DNA of 64,000 nt from positions 608,001 to 672,000 of the forward strand of contig CAVTRY010000011.1 of the NCBI GenBank assembly GCA_963737265.1. The letters are read 5' to 3'. Source of the stretch: an uncultured delta proteobacterium. Lineage in GTDB: Bacteria; Myxococcota_A; Polyangia; Fen-1088. Below are positions 14,205 through 23,984 of this stretch, one piece after another. The notes beneath the pieces are model-generated. The model searched no databases. It saw only the letters and a list, made by a program, of their open reading frames with translations, and had not been told where the DNA came from. A program made the translations under genes and the position numbers. Position 1 is the first letter of the stretch; each line of letters starts with the position of its first letter.

Positions 14205-15964
14205 CAGTAGGCGCACGCGGTAAGCTGTTTCTGTTCGCCCTGGCGCTGCTCGTGGTGTCGCTTGCCGCCTCGGAAATCTATCTGCTACCCACGGTCGAAG
14301 ACGATGTCACCCTGCGCATCCGCCAAGACCTGGGCATCCGTCTGCGTCTGGTAGCGGAACGGGCTGCCACGCAATGGCAGTCAAGCAGGGAAACAACCAA
14401 CTGGGACGCCCTGGCGGACAAACTCGGTGAACTTGCGCAGGCCCGCGTGACCTTGATTCAGGCCGATGGGCGCGTGCTCGGCGATTCCGAGGTCTCGAGC
14501 CAGGGTCTCGGTTCTCTCGAGAACCACCGCGAGCGGCCCGAAGTCGCCGCCGCCCTGACGGGATTGACCACCGACAGTATCCGGTTTTCCGCGACCACGC
14601 AGAAGCGCATGCTCTACGCGGCAACACCCGTGCCTGGCGCGTCAGGCATGGTTGCCCGATTGAGCCTTCCTTTGTCCAGGGTGGACCTCGTCAAGTCCCA
14701 CGTGCAAAAACTGTTGCTCGGTGGCGCGGCCGTGGCACTTGTCGTGGCCCTGCTCGTGTCGTCCGCGGCGTCGGTGATCATGTCGCGCGGGCTGCGCGGT
14801 CTCACCACCGTCGCCCGGCGCATGGCCGCTGGCGACCTTGCAGCGCGCAGCAGGATCGAATCGCCCGACGAGATCGGCGAGCTCGGGCGAACGCTGGATC
14901 ACCTGGCCGAAAACCTATCGCGCTCGCTGCGCGAGCTGCGCGACGACCGCGATCTACTTGGACGCATCCTGGAATCCATGCGCGAAGGTGTGCTGGTTAT
15001 GGACGGCGAACACCGCATTTTGCTGGCCAACCCATCCTTGCGCGAGATGCTGCTGCTCAACTCGGATGTGGTGGGACGTTCGACGATCGAAGTCATCCGC
15101 AACGCCGAGCTGCAGTCCATCGTGGAAAAGGCGATGGTCGCGAGCGAACCCATGGTGGGCGAGATTGGGCTTGGCGGCCTCAAACCGCGCCGGCTGTTGG
15201 TGCACGCGTCCCGATTGTCCGGCGAACCCCGCGCCTTGGTTCTGGTGCTTTTCGACGTCACCGAAATGCGGCGGCTTGAAACTATCCGACGCGATTTCGT
15301 GGCCAACGTGTCGCATGAGCTGCGCACTCCCATCGCCTCGGTGAGCTCGGCCGCCGAGACGTTGCGCATGGCCATGGAGCGCGATCCCAAGGCGGCGACC
15401 CAATTCATCGACATCATCGAGCGCAACGGCCGTCGCTTGGGCGATCTCGTCGACGATTTGCTCAACCTGTCGAAGGTCGAGGCCAAGGAGTTCCGGCTAA
15501 AGCCGGAGGCTCTCGACCTCGCGCTTCTGTGCGAGAAGACCGTGGCGCCTTTCGCCGAGCGTGCTTTGTCCCGCCGCATCCGGCTTGCGGTGGACATTCC
15601 GAACGCGTTTCCTCGGGCGTCGGGCGACAAGAGCGCATTCGACCGAATCCTCACCAACCTGGTCGACAACGCCCTCAAGTATTCCCCGGACGGCGCGAGC
15701 GTGACCATCAGCGCACGCGAGGCCGGGCACAAACTGCAGGTCGTCGTGTCCGATACCGGCCCTGGCATCGACCAAAAACATCTGCCGCGTCTGTTCGAAC
15801 GCTTCTACCGGGTGGACCCCGGACGATCGCGCGACATGGGCGGCACGGGCCTCGGTCTCTCCATCGTCAAGCATCTGGTCGAAGCCATGGAGGGCGAGGT
15901 CAGCGTGGAAAGCACGCTCGGCAAAGGGGCCGCCTTCGCCTTCACCCTTCCGCGCTTGGTTTGA
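14201..15964 (+). CDS. phoR: Phosphate sensor histidine kinase (HAMP, PAS, HisKA, HATPase)
   Basis: ATGA overlap with phoB; DFVANVSHELRTP, NLVDNALKY, FERFYRVD, GGTGLGLSIVKH. Confidence 0.92.
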   Translation: MTVGARGKLFLFALALLVVSLAASEIYLLPTVEDDVTLRIRQDLGIRLRLVAERAATQWQSSRETTNWDALADKLGELAQARVTLIQADGRVLGDSEVSSQGLGSLENHRERPEVAAALTGLTTDSIRFSATTQKRMLYAATPVPGASGMVARLSLPLSRVDLVKSHVQKLLLGGAAVALVVALLVSSAASVIMSRGLRGLTTVARRMAAGDLAARSRIESPDEIGELGRTLDHLAENLSRSLRELRDDRDLLGRILESMREGVLVMDGEHRILLANPSLREMLLLNSDVVGRSTIEVIRNAELQSIVEKAMVASEPMVGEIGLGGLKPRRLLVHASRLSGEPRALVLVLFDVTEMRRLETIRRDFVANVSHELRTPIASVSSAAETLRMAMERDPKAATQFIDIIERNGRRLGDLVDDLLNLSKVEAKEFRLKPEALDLALLCEKTVAPFAERALSRRIRLAVDIPNAFPRASGDKSAFDRILTNLVDNALKYSPDGASVTISAREAGHKLQVVVSDTGPGIDQKHLPRLFERFYRVDPGRSRDMGGTGLGLSIVKHLVEAMEGEVSVESTLGKGAAFAFTLPRLV

Positions 15965-16017
15965 ACGGCAAGTTGTCTCTGGCACCCCTCGTCATCGACG
16001 CAAGGAAGTTGCGACTC

Positions 16018-16034
16018 CGTCACGCGACTGTCAC
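16018..16034 (+). promoter_or_regulatory. Pho box upstream of pstS
   Basis: cGTCACgcgacTGTCAC: GTCAC half-sites 11 bp apart, about 60 bp before the pstS ATG. Confidence 0.7.
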
Positions 16035-16095
16035 CGAGCTCGCTTACCCTCGGACCCGTGACCAGGAACAGTATTGGGCTTGAAAGGAAAGACAA

Positions 16096-16923
16096 ATGAA
16101 GACACTCACGCGGCTCGTTCTCGTCGCTGCCACGCTGGCAGCGCCACTGACTGCACAGGCAAGCAGCCTTACCATCAAGGGGTCGGACACGATGGTCCTG
16201 CTCGGCCAGCGCTGGGCGGAACAGTACATGGCAAAGGTACCGAGCACTGCGATCCAAGTTACCGGCGGTGGATCGGGAACGGGGATCAGCGCGCTTATCA
16301 ACGGCACCACCGACATCTGCCAAGCATCGCGACAGATGAGCGAGGCAGAGAAGAGCAACCTGGCCGAACGCTACAAGACGCGTGGCGAAGAGATCCCCGT
16401 GGCGCGCGACGGCCTGTCCGTCTACGTGAATTCCAAAAATCCGGTGAAGGATTTGAGCATGGAGCAGCTGCGACTGATCTTCACCGGCAAGGTCACCAAC
16501 TGGAAAGAGCTCGGCGGCGCCGATGCGAAGATCATCGTCTACTCGCGTGAGAACAGCTCGGGCACTTACGTCTTCTTCAAGGAGCACGTGCTCAAGAACG
16601 CCGACTATACCCAGCGCGCGCAGAGCATGCCCGGTACCGCCGCCGTGGTGAATGCCGTGGCCAAGGAGAAGAACAGCATTGGCTATGGTGGGGCGGCCTA
16701 CGCCAAGGGCATCAAGGTTCTGCCCATCAAGAAGGACGATGCCAGTCCCGCGGTCAGCCCCGACCTCGCTCACGTGCAAGACGGAAGCTACCCGCTTTCC
16801 CGACCGCTCTTCTTCTACATCCGCAACAAAGCCACGGGCGACATAAAAGCATTCATCGACTGGGTGCTCTCGCCTGAGGGCCAAGAGATCGTGACGAAGG
16901 TCGGGTACTTCCCGGTCAAGTAA
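16096..16923 (+). CDS. pstS: Phosphate ABC transporter substrate-binding protein
   Basis: Signal peptide; IKGSDT, GGGSGTG, SRENSSGTY, YPLSRPLFFY; AAAGGA RBS. Confidence 0.94.
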   Translation: MKTLTRLVLVAATLAAPLTAQASSLTIKGSDTMVLLGQRWAEQYMAKVPSTAIQVTGGGSGTGISALINGTTDICQASRQMSEAEKSNLAERYKTRGEEIPVARDGLSVYVNSKNPVKDLSMEQLRLIFTGKVTNWKELGGADAKIIVYSRENSSGTYVFFKEHVLKNADYTQRAQSMPGTAAVVNAVAKEKNSIGYGGAAYAKGIKVLPIKKDDASPAVSPDLAHVQDGSYPLSRPLFFYIRNKATGDIKAFIDWVLSPEGQEIVTKVGYFPVK

Positions 16924-16955
16924 GGGGCCGGGCCGGCCGCTCGGGGCCGGGTCAC

Positions 16956-16992
16956 AAACATCGGGGTGGATCCGCAGGATCCACCCTGTTTT
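16956..16992. terminator. Probable bidirectional intrinsic terminator
   Basis: Perfect 10-bp stem GGGTGGATCC-GCA-GGATCCACCC (16964-16986) flanked by AAACA and TGTTTT, between pstS (+) and a convergent small ORF (-). Confidence 0.75.
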
Positions 16993-17001
16993 CAACTTCT
17001 G

Positions 17002-17196
17002 CTAGGTGCGAAACCACCAGCTGGGCGAGCCGAAATCCGACAGCGGAAGTAAGCGTTCTCGCAATCCGTGCGTGGCCAAGTCGTCGTCGTCGTCGTCGCC
17101 TTCAGCCTCGTCGTCGTCATCGTATTCAGGTGAAGCCAAAATCTTCTTCGAGGCCAAAATCGCCGCCTCGTTTTGCGCGAGAGATGGATTGCTCAT
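17002..17196 (-). CDS. Small acidic protein (64 aa), function unknown
   Basis: Strong RBS (GGAAAGGAGACCTCC-ATG), Asp/Glu tract, C-terminal SPSWWFRT, terminator hairpin just downstream. Confidence 0.7.
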   Translation of the reverse strand: MSNPSLAQNEAAILASKKILASPEYDDDDEAEGDDDDDDLATHGLRERLLPLSDFGSPSWWFRT

Positions 17197-17325
17197 GGAG
17201 GTCTCCTTTCCCTACCCAAAATAGAACACCGAAACTCCGAGCACCGATGCAATTCTGAAACAGCTCTGTTCCAACGAGAACAGCCCACCGGCAATGACTT
17301 CTACGCCGCCACTCGACCCCAACCG

Positions 17326-17342
17326 TGTCACACAATTGTCAC
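17326..17342 (+). promoter_or_regulatory. Pho box upstream of pstC
   Basis: TGTCACacaatTGTCAC: two TGTCAC half-sites 11 bp apart, followed by an AT-rich -10-like TTTATCTTT near 17366. Confidence 0.8.
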
Positions 17343-17389
17343 CTAGGCGAGACCCTCCCGCCACGTTTATCTTTCACGCTTTTCCGCAG

Positions 17390-18499
17390 ATGAATGGAAA
17401 CGAAAGCGGCGCGGAGCCGAAAGACGCCACGTACCCGAGGTCCCTGCCACCCACCGCCATTCCAAACACACCGCTGCCCGTCCGCGTTGCCAAGCCCCCA
17501 GCCGAAGACGAAGTGACGGCCACGGGAGCGCCGACGCCACCCCGCATCCGTCGGCTGAAGACAAGACGCCCTCCCGTTGCGCACCGGCTGACCGAGCTCG
17601 CCATCCACGTCCTGGCCTATTCCGCGGTTGCCGCGATGATTCTGATCTTCATTTTCATTGCCAAGGAGGCGTGGCCCCTGCTGACCAGCGCAACGATTCA
17701 CAAGGAAGTGACGCTGGCAAAGATGTGGTTCATCCAGCAGTGGCCTGGCTACGACGCCCCCGAGCACGTGTGGCAACCCGTGTCGGAGATACCGAAGTTC
17801 GGCGTCTGGCCTCTGGTGGTCGGCACCATCAAGGTGACCGTCATCGCCATGCTCGTCGCCGTGCCCCTCGCGGTCAGCGCCGCAGTCTTCGTTTCGCAAT
17901 ATGCAAGTCGACGGGTGCGCGAGATCGTCAAGCCCGCCATCGAGTTCCTGGCCGGGATCCCTTCGGTGGTCCTCGGTTTCTTTGCCTTGATGGTGATGGC
18001 ATCCTGGTTCCAGGACCTCTTCGGGCTCGAATCTCGCCTGAATGCCATGGTCGCCGGCGTCGCGCTCTCGTTCGCGGTCATTCCGGTCATCTTCACGGTT
18101 TGCGAGGAAGCACTGGGAGCCGTGCCGCCGAGCTATGTCGAAGCCTCTGTTGCGCTCGGCGCGGCCCGCTGGCAGACCATCGTGCGCGTCGTTCTTCCGG
18201 CCGCCGCGCCCGGCATCGCGGCCAGCGTCGCGCTCGGGCTCGGCCGCGCCTTCGGCGAAACCATGATCGTGCTGATGGCGTCCGGCAATGCGGCGATTCT
18301 ATCGGCCAATCCAGCGGATTCCGTGCGAACCCTGTCCGCCACGATCGCCGCCGAGCTGGCCGAGGTGGTTTTTGGCGGCGCGCACTACACGGTGTTATTC
18401 GCCCTCGCCGTGCTGCTCTTCCTCGTCACCTTCGGCATCAACTTCATCGGCGACCAAACCATCACGCGCATGAAGCGCCGCATGGGGGTTTCGTCGTGA
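17390..18499 (+). CDS. pstC: Phosphate ABC transporter permease PstC
   Basis: KPAIEFLAGIPSVVLG, GRAFGETMIVLM; start placed downstream of the Pho box (uncertain). Confidence 0.92.
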   Translation: MNGNESGAEPKDATYPRSLPPTAIPNTPLPVRVAKPPAEDEVTATGAPTPPRIRRLKTRRPPVAHRLTELAIHVLAYSAVAAMILIFIFIAKEAWPLLTSATIHKEVTLAKMWFIQQWPGYDAPEHVWQPVSEIPKFGVWPLVVGTIKVTVIAMLVAVPLAVSAAVFVSQYASRRVREIVKPAIEFLAGIPSVVLGFFALMVMASWFQDLFGLESRLNAMVAGVALSFAVIPVIFTVCEEALGAVPPSYVEASVALGAARWQTIVRVVLPAAAPGIAASVALGLGRAFGETMIVLMASGNAAILSANPADSVRTLSATIAAELAEVVFGGAHYTVLFALAVLLFLVTFGINFIGDQTITRMKRRMGVSS

Positions 18500-19428
18500 G
18501 CCGTCCTTCCCTGCGCTCCTCGGGGCGACCCCGTTTGGGCGACGCGGTCCTCTGGATCGCCACCGGCCTCGCGACGCTCCTCGTTCTCGTCGTCCTGCTC
18601 GTCATTCTCGTCGACGTGATCAAGAACGGTGCTCCCCGACTCACGCTGGGGTTCATCACCAAAGCACCATCCGAGGGCATGACCGCCGGGGGAATCTTCC
18701 CCGCGATCTTCGGCACCGTGGCACTAGTCTTGCTAATGACCATCGCCGCTCTCCCGGCTGGCGTGGCCACGGCGGTCTTCCTGCATGAATACGCCAACCC
18801 AACCGCGCTAGCCACGCGCATTGTGCGTATCGCCGTGAACAACCTCGCCGGGGTCCCATCGATTGTTTTCGGTCTTTTTGGCCTTGGCTTCTTCGTCCAG
18901 TTCGTCGGCGGAGGCATGGACAAGCTCTTCTACGGCGGGGACAAGGTGTTCGGCCAACCCGCGCTGATCTGGGCCGCTCTGACCATGGCCATTCTGACCC
19001 TTCCCGTGGTCATCGTGGCCACCGAGGAAGCCCTGTCGTCGGTTCCCCGCGACATGCGTCTCGCTTCCGCGGCCCTTGGCGCCAGCAAGTTCCAGACCGT
19101 GTTACACGTCGTCTTACCGCAAGCCGTGCCCGGCATCCTGACCGGCGCCATCCTCGCCGTCAGCCGTGGCGCGGGCGAAGTCGCTCCGATTCTCTTCACC
19201 GGTGCCGCTTACTTCCTACCAACCCTGCCCCATTCCCTTCATGATCAGTTCATGCAGCTTGGCTATCACGTCTACGTGCTCGCGACCCAATCGCCCGACG
19301 TGGACGCCACCCGACCTCTCCTCTATGCAACGGTACTGGTTCTCCTCATTCTCACCTTCGCGCTCAACGCGACCGCCATCGTGGTTCGGTCGCGCATGCG
19401 AAGGAAGTTTTCGGGAAGCCGCGCATGA
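18496..19428 (+). CDS. pstA: Phosphate ABC transporter permease PstA
   Basis: GTGA overlap with pstC; [25 protein letters not shown]. Confidence 0.92.
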   Translation: MSRPSLRSSGRPRLGDAVLWIATGLATLLVLVVLLVILVDVIKNGAPRLTLGFITKAPSEGMTAGGIFPAIFGTVALVLLMTIAALPAGVATAVFLHEYANPTALATRIVRIAVNNLAGVPSIVFGLFGLGFFVQFVGGGMDKLFYGGDKVFGQPALIWAALTMAILTLPVVIVATEEALSSVPRDMRLASAALGASKFQTVLHVVLPQAVPGILTGAILAVSRGAGEVAPILFTGAAYFLPTLPHSLHDQFMQLGYHVYVLATQSPDVDATRPLLYATVLVLLILTFALNATAIVVRSRMRRKFSGSRA

Positions 19429-20216
19429 ATACGCAAGCGGCCTTGTCACCCGGCGAAGCGCCCACGGGCAGCCTCTCGGTCAACCAGCTCTTCGTCTACT
19501 ACGGCGACAAGCGCGCCATGGGTCCGGTCAGCATGACCATTCCGGGCAAGCGGGTTACCGCGCTCATCGGCCCTTCCGGCTGCGGTAAGTCGACCTTCCT
19601 GCGCTCGCTCAATCGCATGAACGAAATGATTCTCGGCTGTCGCGTCGAAGGCGAGGTCAAGCTCGACGACGAACCCATCTACGGCCCGGGCGTCGATGCC
19701 GTCGCCGTCCGCCGCCGCATCGGCATGGTTTTTCAGAAATCCAATCCCTTTCCCAAGTCAATCTACGACAACGTCGCCTACGGCCTGCGCATCGGCGGCA
19801 TCACCGACCGCGCCGAGCTGACCGATAAGGTCGAGCACGCGCTCAAGCAGTCTGCCCTGTGGGAAGAGGTCAAGGACCGGCTGCATGAAAGCGCGCTCGG
19901 GCTGTCCGGCGGCCAGCAGCAGCGCCTGTGCATCGCGCGAGCGCTTGCCGTCGAACCCGACGTGCTGCTGATGGACGAGCCCGCGTCGGCCCTCGATCCC
20001 ATCGCGACCGCACATATCGAGGAATTGATTCACGAGTTGGCCCATGATTACACGGTCGTGATCGTGACCCACAACATGCAACAAGCGGCCCGCGTGTCGC
20101 ACCACACGGCCTTCTTCTACATGGGCGATTTGATAGAATTCGATCGCACCCAGGTGATCTTCACCAAACCCAGCCAATCCAAAACCGAGGACTACATCAC
20201 CGGCCGCTTCGGCTAG
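19425..20216 (+). CDS. pstB: Phosphate ABC transporter ATP-binding protein
   Basis: [43 protein letters not shown]. Confidence 0.97.
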   Translation: MNTQAALSPGEAPTGSLSVNQLFVYYGDKRAMGPVSMTIPGKRVTALIGPSGCGKSTFLRSLNRMNEMILGCRVEGEVKLDDEPIYGPGVDAVAVRRRIGMVFQKSNPFPKSIYDNVAYGLRIGGITDRAELTDKVEHALKQSALWEEVKDRLHESALGLSGGQQQRLCIARALAVEPDVLLMDEPASALDPIATAHIEELIHELAHDYTVVIVTHNMQQAARVSHHTAFFYMGDLIEFDRTQVIFTKPSQSKTEDYITGRFG

Positions 20217-20238
20217 CCGGCGGCAAGGATAAACGCGC

Positions 20239-20949
20239 ATGCCTGGACTAGAACACACCGACCGAGAATACGAACACGAGCTGCGCCAGTTGCGCGAGCA
20301 GTTGCTCGTGATGGGCAGCCACGTGGAAACTATCATCGGCGACAGCATCCAATCGCTGCTGGAACGAGATGCCAAGCTCGCCGAGCGGACGATCTTGGCG
20401 GACAAGATCGTCAACCGCATGGAAGTCGAGCTTGACAGCCTGTGCCTGCAGATCCTGGCCCGGCGCCAGCCCGTGGCCTCCGACCTGCGCTTCATCACCC
20501 TGGTGCTCAAGGTCGTGACCGACTTGGAACGAATCGCCGACCTCGGCGTGAACATCTGCGAACGCGTGCTCGAGCTCGACGCCGAGCCACAGCTCAAACC
20601 CTACGTCGACATTCCCCACATGGGCCGGGAAGTCCAGTCCATGTTGCGCGAAGTCCTCGACGCCTTCGTGGCCAAGGATGCAGCACGAGCGCGCAAGATC
20701 ATCGAACGCGATCAGGTCGTGGACGCGCTCTACGCCCAGGTCTTCCGCGAGCTTCTGACCTTCATGATGGAGAGCGGACACAACGTCTATCGCGCCACCC
20801 GCCTGCAATCGATCGCCAAGTACCTGGAGCGCATGGCCGACCACACGACCAATCTGGCCGAGATGGTCATCTTCATGGTCGACGGCCAGGACGTCCGCCA
20901 CCTGACCAGCCGCGAAGATCCCGACGACGCCACCCGCGGCCACAACTAG
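20239..20949 (+). CDS. phoU: Phosphate signalling protein PhoU
   Basis: QPVASDLR, DLERIAD, LERMADHTTNLAE repeats. Confidence 0.96.
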   Translation: MPGLEHTDREYEHELRQLREQLLVMGSHVETIIGDSIQSLLERDAKLAERTILADKIVNRMEVELDSLCLQILARRQPVASDLRFITLVLKVVTDLERIADLGVNICERVLELDAEPQLKPYVDIPHMGREVQSMLREVLDAFVAKDAARARKIIERDQVVDALYAQVFRELLTFMMESGHNVYRATRLQSIAKYLERMADHTTNLAEMVIFMVDGQDVRHLTSREDPDDATRGHN

Positions 20950-21137
20950 CCGCCCCAGCCGTGGCGTCGCTTGGCTTATCCGCCACGCCCAAACAAGAGA
21001 CGCTTGAGCTATCCCCAAGGACTTCGCGGCAAACACCGCGCGCCTCGATTGGCTCAATTTCCTCCTTGCCGACGTGCGGACTGGCGTGGGCCCGTTTCTT
21101 GCTGTTTACCTGCGGATTCAGGCCTCGATGTTGGTGC

Positions 21138-22613
21138 TCAGGGAAGCGACATCTCGCCGGTTGCCACGAAGATCCCGGCGTCGTCTTTGCCCCGGACAAA
21201 GGCCGCCAGTTTTCGCGTGCCCGTGGGGATCCCGATCGTTTCCGGTTGGCCCGCGCGCAGGAGTGGCGCCGCGATCTCCTTGCGTGAGCCCGCCGCATCC
21301 TCGGCGAAGACGTGCAGGGGGATACCGACGGCGAGGGAGCCGCGCAGGCCTTCTAGCGTCGCGGTGGCCTCGGCCCCGGTAACGGCGAGCTTGATGCTCG
21401 TGCGTAAAAGGTGGTCGACCAGGCCGGCGGCGTAGGCCTCTATCTCGGGCAGCCATCGGCGCGCGCTGTCGGCATGCACGGCGCGGTCGAGGAAGAAGTG
21501 AACCCGGCGGCCGGTGCACTGATAGGCCAGCACGCGAATCCCGTCGCGCAGCACATAGCGCGTTCGCTGCGAGGGACGTACATCGAGCCCGGCGACCTTG
21601 GGCTCGGGAAACACCAGCGACTGGTTGGCGATGGCCACGGCGTCCGACGGCGTATCGTTGGGAGCGAAGACAAAATCCTGCGGCAGGGTCCCGGGCGAAA
21701 AGAACTGCTGCTGGGTGAGCTGCGCCAGGCCCTTGCCGTCGCCGGCGACGAAGAAGCTTTCGAGGTTGGGCCGTGGCACCGGGGATGCGGCGGCCGGCAA
21801 GGCCACGGCGCCGAAGCTGTCGGCTACGAAGCGCTCGAGCTCGGATCCCGAATCATGCGCCAGAAACTCGCCGCGAAAGTCGTTGCGCACGAAGGCCGGC
21901 TGGCCGAGGTCCTCCAGCACCGACACCACGCCGCCCAAGGCCAGCAGAGAGCGCACGAGCGCGGTCTCGCGCTCCTCGGGTCGTGCGGCAGCCACGGAGC
22001 GCTCGAGGCCCTCGAAGAACCTCGGCAAGCCAAGATCGTTTTGCGGCGCCCACAGCCAGTCGAGGGCGGACATTCCTCCGAGCGCAGGGGCCAGACCGGT
22101 GGCGACATCGCGCACCGTCGCACCATCATCCAAGACCAATCGAACGGCATGAACCGTTCCCGAAAGCCCAGGCCCGTCGTCGAGCCCTTGCCGTTTGTTC
22201 GGCTCGAAAAAATGATGGCGGCCGAGCTCGGGCGGCGTCTTTGCCAGAACCGCACCCGCCTTTACCCAGGCGCCGGCCGTTGCCATGCCGTCGCTGGTCG
22301 GACGATAGCCGTCCGCTGGATCGAGGGCCTCCAGACGATCTTTCAGGCTTCGCATGGTGTCCACGTCGAGCGTGGCTGCATCCAGGCGAAGAGGTTCGAG
22401 CGAGCCCAACGGCCGGCCCAACTGATGGGCGAGCGCGGCGTGAAACTTGGACGCCGCGAGCGCGCGCTCGGTCAGGCCGGCGTGCGTGGTGGCGGGATCC
22501 CAGGCCAGCGCCGGCGAGCTGCCGGCCAGAGCCAATGCCAACGCGCCGAACGCGGCACCGTGCCGGGCAATGGCGAGTAGGCGCTTGAGCGTGGCTTTCG
22601 CGATCGACCTCAT
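21138..22613 (-). CDS. Secreted protein with phospholipase C/nuclease P1-like N-terminus
   Basis: Signal peptide ending ALA followed by WDPATTH; RHHFF; LEDLGQP; ATGA overlap with the upstream gene. Confidence 0.65.
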   Translation of the reverse strand: MRSIAKATLKRLLAIARHGAAFGALALALAGSSPALAWDPATTHAGLTERALAASKFHAALAHQLGRPLGSLEPLRLDAATLDVDTMRSLKDRLEALDPADGYRPTSDGMATAGAWVKAGAVLAKTPPELGRHHFFEPNKRQGLDDGPGLSGTVHAVRLVLDDGATVRDVATGLAPALGGMSALDWLWAPQNDLGLPRFFEGLERSVAAARPEERETALVRSLLALGGVVSVLEDLGQPAFVRNDFRGEFLAHDSGSELERFVADSFGAVALPAAASPVPRPNLESFFVAGDGKGLAQLTQQQFFSPGTLPQDFVFAPNDTPSDAVAIANQSLVFPEPKVAGLDVRPSQRTRYVLRDGIRVLAYQCTGRRVHFFLDRAVHADSARRWLPEIEAYAAGLVDHLLRTSIKLAVTGAEATATLEGLRGSLAVGIPLHVFAEDAAGSRKEIAAPLLRAGQPETIGIPTGTRKLAAFVRGKDDAGIFVATGEMSLP

Positions 22614-23728
22614 GGCTTGACCTTGTCGCCGGTGGTGGACGCGGGCGCTGGATTGTCGCCGGACGATCGCAGCTCGCCCATGTGGCTTTCCACGAGCTTG
22701 GCAAGGCGCAAAATCATCGCGGTTTCGGTGCATTGGGAGGTACCGCAGCTTATTTGCACCACCAGGCCCTTTTCCCGCAGGAGAAAGGCCAGACCCCAAA
22801 CCTCGCCGCCGTGGGCGCGCAGCGACCGGTCGCCGATTTCTTCGGTGGGAACCGCGGCGGGTAGCTCTCCGGTCAACTTCCGGAACTGCGTCTCCGCACC
22901 TGCCGGCCCGAGCGCCCAGACCCGCACGCCCACATCGAACGCCTCGGAAGGCTTGCCCTTGGCCTTGAAATGGCGGCTGTCGTACACGTCGCTGCGCACC
23001 CGATCCATCAGCCGGCCCACCTCGAACTCGCCGGCGAAGCCAGTCACGCCGCGCACCTCCTCTACCGACAGTAGGGGTGAGACGTCGAGCATGCGCGCGG
23101 CCACAATGGCGGCTGTTTCACCGGGAAGCTCGACCACGCGAGGAGCCGCCAAGCCCTCGTACTCGAGACTGGCCGGCTGAACCTCCCAGCCGGCCGCCTT
23201 GGCAATCGCTTGGCCGCCGCCCACAAACGCGAGGTGGCGGCGGTGCTCAAGGGTGTTTTGCCACTTTTCCAGCCGGACCCTGTTGGCGTGCTGGCTGAAA
23301 TCATGGCGGGCCTCGCCGCTCGGAAACTTGAAGTCGCTGCGGTATCCGACGTAGCCGCGGCGGTAGACCACCAGGGTAAAGCGGCGCAGACGCATGGAGC
23401 CACCGCTTGGCAAGTCTTCCGGACCGGGAATCCGATATCTGCCATCCGCCGAGGTCTCGACGCTGAAGTCGCGCGAGCCGGCAGGGCCGCGCAACCCGAT
23501 TCCACGCTCGAAACCCCAGCCCCCAAAGACCGTCGCGCCCGCGATCGGCCGGTCGGTCTCGGCATCGACCACCACGCCGTCGAAGGGACCAAGAAGGTCG
23601 CCCGCCTCGATGGTATCGGGACGCACTGAAAATGGAGCGTTCTCGACAATCGGGCCACACGACGAGAGGGCGATGGTCGCCCCCGCCACCAGGAGAAATA
23701 TCGCGCAGCTGGGTTCTCGCTTGCACAT
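22610..23728 (-). CDS. Putative lipoprotein with carboxypeptidase-regulatory-like (beta-sandwich) domain
   Basis: Lipobox LSSC; GVVVDAETDRPIAGATV...TSADGRYRI...YRRGY pattern. Confidence 0.7.
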   Translation of the reverse strand: MCKREPSCAIFLLVAGATIALSSCGPIVENAPFSVRPDTIEAGDLLGPFDGVVVDAETDRPIAGATVFGGWGFERGIGLRGPAGSRDFSVETSADGRYRIPGPEDLPSGGSMRLRRFTLVVYRRGYVGYRSDFKFPSGEARHDFSQHANRVRLEKWQNTLEHRRHLAFVGGGQAIAKAAGWEVQPASLEYEGLAAPRVVELPGETAAIVAARMLDVSPLLSVEEVRGVTGFAGEFEVGRLMDRVRSDVYDSRHFKAKGKPSEAFDVGVRVWALGPAGAETQFRKLTGELPAAVPTEEIGDRSLRAHGGEVWGLAFLLREKGLVVQISCGTSQCTETAMILRLAKLVESHMGELRSSGDNPAPASTTGDKVKP

Positions 23729-23984
23729 ACAACTGCCCTTGCCGGTCCACGTCGACGATCTCCGTCGCTGAAAATTGACGCTGTCCGGAATCGCTGGTAA
23801 GAATAGAGTCACTGTGAATGGCCGGGCGCCTTAATCCCGGTAGGGCGGTGATGGTGCCGCCAGCCTTCTAGTAGAGGATTGGTCGTCTTGCAATGCTTCT
23901 CAGGTCTCCGCCCAATCTTTCCGCTTCTTGTCTCGTGTGGGACGAGACTAAGATAGCAACCACGACCCCCAAAGCCGACCCAAG

